Assembly: GCF_003324675.1 (NCBI RefSeq)
Contig: NZ_CP030918.1
Location: 450,001 to 482,000, forward strand
Direction: 5' to 3'
Length of the DNA: 32,000 nucleotides
Source of the DNA: Paracoccus suum
GTDB lineage: Bacteria; Pseudomonadota; Alphaproteobacteria; Rhodobacterales; Rhodobacteraceae
This document shows positions 28,761 to 32,000 of this stretch, one piece after another. The translations under genes were made by a program, and so were the position numbers. The stretch's first letter is position 1; each line of letters begins with the position of its first letter. The notes below the pieces were generated by a model. It was not told the DNA's origin. It was given only the letters and a program-made list of their open reading frames with translations, and searched no databases.

Positions 28761-28792
28761 TTGTCTAGTTGTATAGATACCCGGTTCTATAG
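28761..28792. promoter_or_regulatory. candidate PhnF/HutC-type operator within the divergent phnF<>phnG promoter region
   Basis: This is the only clearly AT-rich island in the window (28751-28800). It holds three direct 8-mers: TTGTCTAG (28761-68), TTGTATAG (28769-76) and TTCTATAG (28785-92). GTATAGAT and GTCTAGTT are near-matches to the HutC-subfamily GT-N-TA-N-AC core. Confidence 0.45.
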
Positions 28793-28806
28793 GAATCTGC
28801 ACCTCC

Positions 28807-29238
28807 ATGCAATCTTCCTGCACCCCCCCTGCCAGCCGCGGCGCCCGCGCAGGTCTCGCCGCCCGCGCCCCGGCCGCGCGGCTGGCGGCGCTGATGCCGC
28901 AGTTGCCTGACCACGAAATCCTGCGCGCGCCCGAGATCGGGACCGCCATGGTGCGGGGCCGCATGGGAGGGACGGGGGATGCCTTCAACCTGGGCGAGGT
29001 GACCGTGACCCGCGCCTCGGTCCGGCTGGCGGATGGCGCGGTCGGCCACGGCTATGTCCAGGGTCGCGACCGCGGCCATGCGCTGCGCGCGGCGATCCTC
29101 GACGCGCTCGGCACTGGCGCCGAGCCGATCCTGGCCGCCCTCGCCGCCGAGGAGGAGCAGCGCCGGGCCGCCCGCGCCGCCCGCGCCGCGGCCACCAAGG
29201 TCGAGTTCTTTACCCTCGTCCGCGGAGAAGACGCATGA
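28807..29238 (+). CDS. phnG: C-P lyase system protein PhnG
   Basis: 143 aa with MGGTGDAFNLGEVTVTRASVRL.DGAVGHGYVQGRD and VEFFTLVRGED, collinear with E. coli PhnG. Confidence 0.9.
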   Translation: MQSSCTPPASRGARAGLAARAPAARLAALMPQLPDHEILRAPEIGTAMVRGRMGGTGDAFNLGEVTVTRASVRLADGAVGHGYVQGRDRGHALRAAILDALGTGAEPILAALAAEEEQRRAARAARAAATKVEFFTLVRGEDA

Positions 29239-29789
29239 GCGCGCTGGCACCCGGCTTCGCCCACCCCGCCCATGACGCCGCCCGCGCCTTTCGCGCGATC
29301 ATGGAGGCGCTGGCCCGCCCCGGCACGATCCACGATCTCGCCGGTCCCCCGGCCCCCGCGCCGCTGTCGCCCGCGGCCAGTGCCGTGCTGCTGACGCTGA
29401 CCGACCGCGGCACGCCGGTCCACCTCGCACCGTCGCATGATAATGCAGACCTTCGCGCCTGGTTGGCGTTCCATACCGGCGCGCCGCTGGTCGTGGCCGA
29501 GGAGGCGCATTTCGCCCTCGGCACCTGGGCGACCCTCCAACCCTCCGACCGCTTTGCCATCGGCACGCCCGACTATCCCGACCGCAGCGCGACGCTGATC
29601 ATCGAAGTGCCGGGCTTTGACGGAAGCACCCGCCTGACCGGCCCCGGCATCCGCGAGGCGCTGACCATTGGGCTGCCCGACCCGGCCGCCTTTGCCGCCA
29701 ACCACGCCCGCTATCCGCTGGGCTGGGACGCGGTCCTGACCACCGGCACCCGCATCTGCGGGCTGCCCCGCTCGACCGAGGTGCGCTGA
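29235..29789 (+). CDS. phnH: C-P lyase system protein PhnH
   Basis: 184 aa with AHDAARAFRAIMEALARPGTI. 4-nt overlap with phnG and 1-nt overlap with phnI. Confidence 0.88.
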   Translation: MSALAPGFAHPAHDAARAFRAIMEALARPGTIHDLAGPPAPAPLSPAASAVLLTLTDRGTPVHLAPSHDNADLRAWLAFHTGAPLVVAEEAHFALGTWATLQPSDRFAIGTPDYPDRSATLIIEVPGFDGSTRLTGPGIREALTIGLPDPAAFAANHARYPLGWDAVLTTGTRICGLPRSTEVR

Positions 29790-30877
29790 TGTATGTCGCA
29801 GCCAAAGGCGGTGAGCGCGCGATCGAGGCCGCCCATGACTGGCTGGCCGACGCGCGCCGCGGGCCTACCGACCGGCCGGCCATCGACACGGATGCCATCG
29901 CGGACCAGCTGTCGCTGGGCGTCGCGCGAGTCATGGCCGAGGGCAGTCTTTACGACCCGCAACTCGCGGCGCTGGCCATCAAGCAGGCGCGCGGGGATCT
30001 GATCGAGGCGGTCTTCCTGATCCGTGCCTATCGCACCACCCTGCCCCGCTTTGGCGCGACCGAGCCGGTCGACACTGCCGCCATGCAGGCCGCGCGCCGC
30101 GTCTCGGCCACGTTCAAGGACGTGCCGGGCGGGCAGCTGCTGGGGCCGACCTTTGATTACACCCACCGACTGCTGGATTTCCGCCTGCTGGCCGATGGCG
30201 CGCTGCCACCCGCGCCCGGTCAGCCAGCAGACGCGGACCCCCAGCCGGTACCGCATGTACTGGGTTATCTCGACCGCGACGGCATGATCGAACCCGCCGC
30301 CGACACGGGCACCGAGCCCGCCGACCTGACCCGCGCCCCGCTGGAGCTGCCGGCCAATCGTGCGCTGCGCCTGCAGGCCCTCGCCCGCGGCGACGAGGGG
30401 TTCCTGTTGGGCCTCGCCTACTCGACCCAGCGCGGCTACGCCCGCAACCACGCCTTTGTCGGCGAACTGCGCATCGGCACGGTCGAGATCGAGATGTTCG
30501 TCCCCGAGATCGGCGAGGTCGTCGGCATCGGCGAGGTCGAGATGACGGAATGCGAGACCATCAACCAGTTCAAGGGCAGCCGGACCGAACCCGCGCAATT
30601 CACCCGCGGCTATGGCCTGAGCTTTGGCCAGACCGAACGCAAGGCACTGGCCATGGCGCTGGTAGACCGCGCCCTGCGCTGGGACGAACTTGGCGAGGAT
30701 TTTGTCGGCGCTCCGGCGCAGGACGAGGAATTCGTGCTGAGCCATTGCGACAACATCCAGGCGACCGGCTTTCTGGAGCATATCAAGCTGCCCCACTACG
30801 TCGATTTCCAGGCCGAACTTGAACTGGTGCGCCGCCTGCGCGCGGGCGTCCCGGACACCGAGGAGGACGCGGCATGA
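29789..30877 (+). CDS. phnI: C-P lyase complex subunit PhnI
   Basis: 362 aa with MYVAAKGGERAIEAAH, AIKQARGDLIEAVFLIRAYRTTLPRF and GYARNHAF motifs. Confidence 0.92.
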   Translation: MYVAAKGGERAIEAAHDWLADARRGPTDRPAIDTDAIADQLSLGVARVMAEGSLYDPQLAALAIKQARGDLIEAVFLIRAYRTTLPRFGATEPVDTAAMQAARRVSATFKDVPGGQLLGPTFDYTHRLLDFRLLADGALPPAPGQPADADPQPVPHVLGYLDRDGMIEPAADTGTEPADLTRAPLELPANRALRLQALARGDEGFLLGLAYSTQRGYARNHAFVGELRIGTVEIEMFVPEIGEVVGIGEVEMTECETINQFKGSRTEPAQFTRGYGLSFGQTERKALAMALVDRALRWDELGEDFVGAPAQDEEFVLSHCDNIQATGFLEHIKLPHYVDFQAELELVRRLRAGVPDTEEDAA

Positions 30878-31470
30878 ACATCGTCTTTGACATCGGCAAC
30901 GTGCTGCTCCGCTGGGACCTCTGGCCTGCATTCGAGGACGAATTCGCAACGCCAGCCGAGATGACGGCCTATCTGGACGAGATCGGCTTTCACGACTGGA
31001 ACCTGCAGCAGGATCGTGGCCGCAGCTGGGCCGAAGCGCATGACGATCTGCGCGCCCGGCACGGCGCGAGGGCCGAGCCCGCGACGCGCTATGCGGCCCG
31101 CCACGCGCTGACCATCCAGACGCCCATTACTGGCACATGGGCGCTGCTCGACCGACTGGCGCCGCGCCATTCGCTGTTCGCGATCACCAACTGGTCGGCC
31201 GAGACCTGGGCCGACGCGCTGCGCCTGCATCCCCGGCTGGGCCAGGTATTCCGCGACATCGTGATCTCGGGACGTGAGAAACTGGCCAAGCCCGACCCGG
31301 CGATCTTTCGGCTGTTTCTGGACCGCAACGGGTTGGCGGCGGGCGATTGCCTGTTCATCGACGACAATGCGGCCAATGTCGCGGCGGCACGCGAGGTGGG
31401 CATGGACGCGGTGCGGTTCACCGACCCCGAGGCGCTGGAGCGCGATCTGACCGCGCGGGGCCTGCTATGA
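30874..31470 (+). CDS. HAD-superfamily subfamily IA hydrolase, YihX-like
   Basis: 198 aa. Motif I IVFDIGNVLL (DxGNV as in YihX-type sugar-1-phosphatases), motif II FAITNWS, motif III KLAKPDP, motif IV LFIDDNAANV. ATGA overlap with the phnI stop. Confidence 0.8.
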   Translation: MNIVFDIGNVLLRWDLWPAFEDEFATPAEMTAYLDEIGFHDWNLQQDRGRSWAEAHDDLRARHGARAEPATRYAARHALTIQTPITGTWALLDRLAPRHSLFAITNWSAETWADALRLHPRLGQVFRDIVISGREKLAKPDPAIFRLFLDRNGLAAGDCLFIDDNAANVAAAREVGMDAVRFTDPEALERDLTARGLL

Positions 31471-31531
31471 CCCCTGCCAGACACGCGCCGACCATTCAGC
31501 CCCCCTGCCCCCAATCGCCGGAGCTCCTGTC

Positions 31532-32000
31532 GTGACCGATCAGGCCTTCAACTTTGCCTATCTGGACGAGGACACCAAGCGGATGATCCGCCGGGCGATC
31601 CTGAAGGGCCTCGCGGTGCCGGGTTATCAGGTACCCTTTGCCAGCCGCGAGATGCCGATGCCCTATGGCTGGGGCACCGGCGGGGTCCAGGTCACAGCCG
31701 CCTGCCTGGTACCCGAGGATGTGCTGAAGGTCATCGACCAGGGTGCCGACGACACCACCAATGCGGTCAGCATCCGCAAGTTCTTCCAGCGCACCGCCGA
31801 CGTCGCCACGACCGAGCGCACCGGCGAGGCGAGCGTCATCCAGACCCGCCACCGTATCCCCGAAACCCCGCTGCGCGAGGGGCAGGTGCTGGTCTATCAG
31901 GTGCCGATCCCCGAACCGCTGCGCTTCCTCGAGCCGCGCGAGGTCGAGACGCGGCGCATGCATGCGCTGTCGGAATACGGGCTGATGCAGGTGCGCCTTT
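31532..32000 (+). CDS. phnJ: alpha-D-ribose 1-methylphosphonate 5-phosphate C-P lyase PhnJ (N-terminal part; continues past the window end)
   Basis: Absent from the track because there is no stop in the window. GTG at 31532 is preceded by GGAG 8 nt upstream. Hand translation gives VTDQAFNFAYLDEDTKRMIRRAILKGLAVPGYQVPFASREMPMPYGWGTGGVQVTA...VIDQGADDTTNAVSIRKFF...IQTRHRIPETPL, near-collinear with E. coli PhnJ. Confidence 0.88.
   Translation, partial: MTDQAFNFAYLDEDTKRMIRRAILKGLAVPGYQVPFASREMPMPYGWGTGGVQVTAACLVPEDVLKVIDQGADDTTNAVSIRKFFQRTADVATTERTGEASVIQTRHRIPETPLREGQVLVYQVPIPEPLRFLEPREVETRRMHALSEYGLMQVRL

Noticed and set aside
1-32000. Mobile elements, CRISPR arrays, tRNA/rRNA genes, defence or toxin-antitoxin modules
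   Set aside because: I found no transposase, integrase or recombinase-like ORFs, no regularly spaced repeats, no tRNA-like T-arm/acceptor patterns in the spacers, and no compositional island. The gene content is uniformly housekeeping.

Overview
High-GC (~67%) chromosomal core region with alphaproteobacterial (Rhodobacterales-like) gene content and synteny. It is densely packed with housekeeping genes, and I see no clear novel system. Gene order from the left edge: comM (partial), gshB, yraN, rsmI <> LpoA-like lipoprotein, glnD, murJ >< rhomboid <> trpS >< slyX <> hisS-hisZ-hisG >< zapA-DUF4164 <> hisB-hisH >< DUF2147 <> hisA-hisF-hisE, accB-accC, VOC, aat >< DUF2155-mlaD-NDUFA12 <> DUF4177 >< MATE-thioesterase-thioesterase <> merR-family >< phnF <> phnG-phnH-phnI-HAD-phnJ (partial). 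I found no rRNA, tRNA, CRISPR, IS/transposase, integrase or phage-like genes, and no compositional island. Most long ORFs in the track are Arg/Ala/Pro/Gly-rich antisense shadows of the real genes, typical of high-GC DNA. The items most worth a second look are: (1) a YihX-like HAD phosphatase translationally coupled inside the C-P lyase core operon between phnI and phnJ; (2) a translationally coupled NDUFA12-homologue / orphan MlaD / DUF2155 trio; (3) an AT-rich phnF<>phnG spacer carrying three phased 8-mer repeats that look like a HutC/PhnF-type operator; (4) an overlapping pair of PaaI thioesterases, apparently co-transcribed with a MATE exporter and divergent from a MerR regulator whose spacer holds a repeated 9-mer. 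CDS coordinates come from codon arithmetic on the supplied ORF track. Small-motif coordinates were read by hand and may be off by 1-2 nt.
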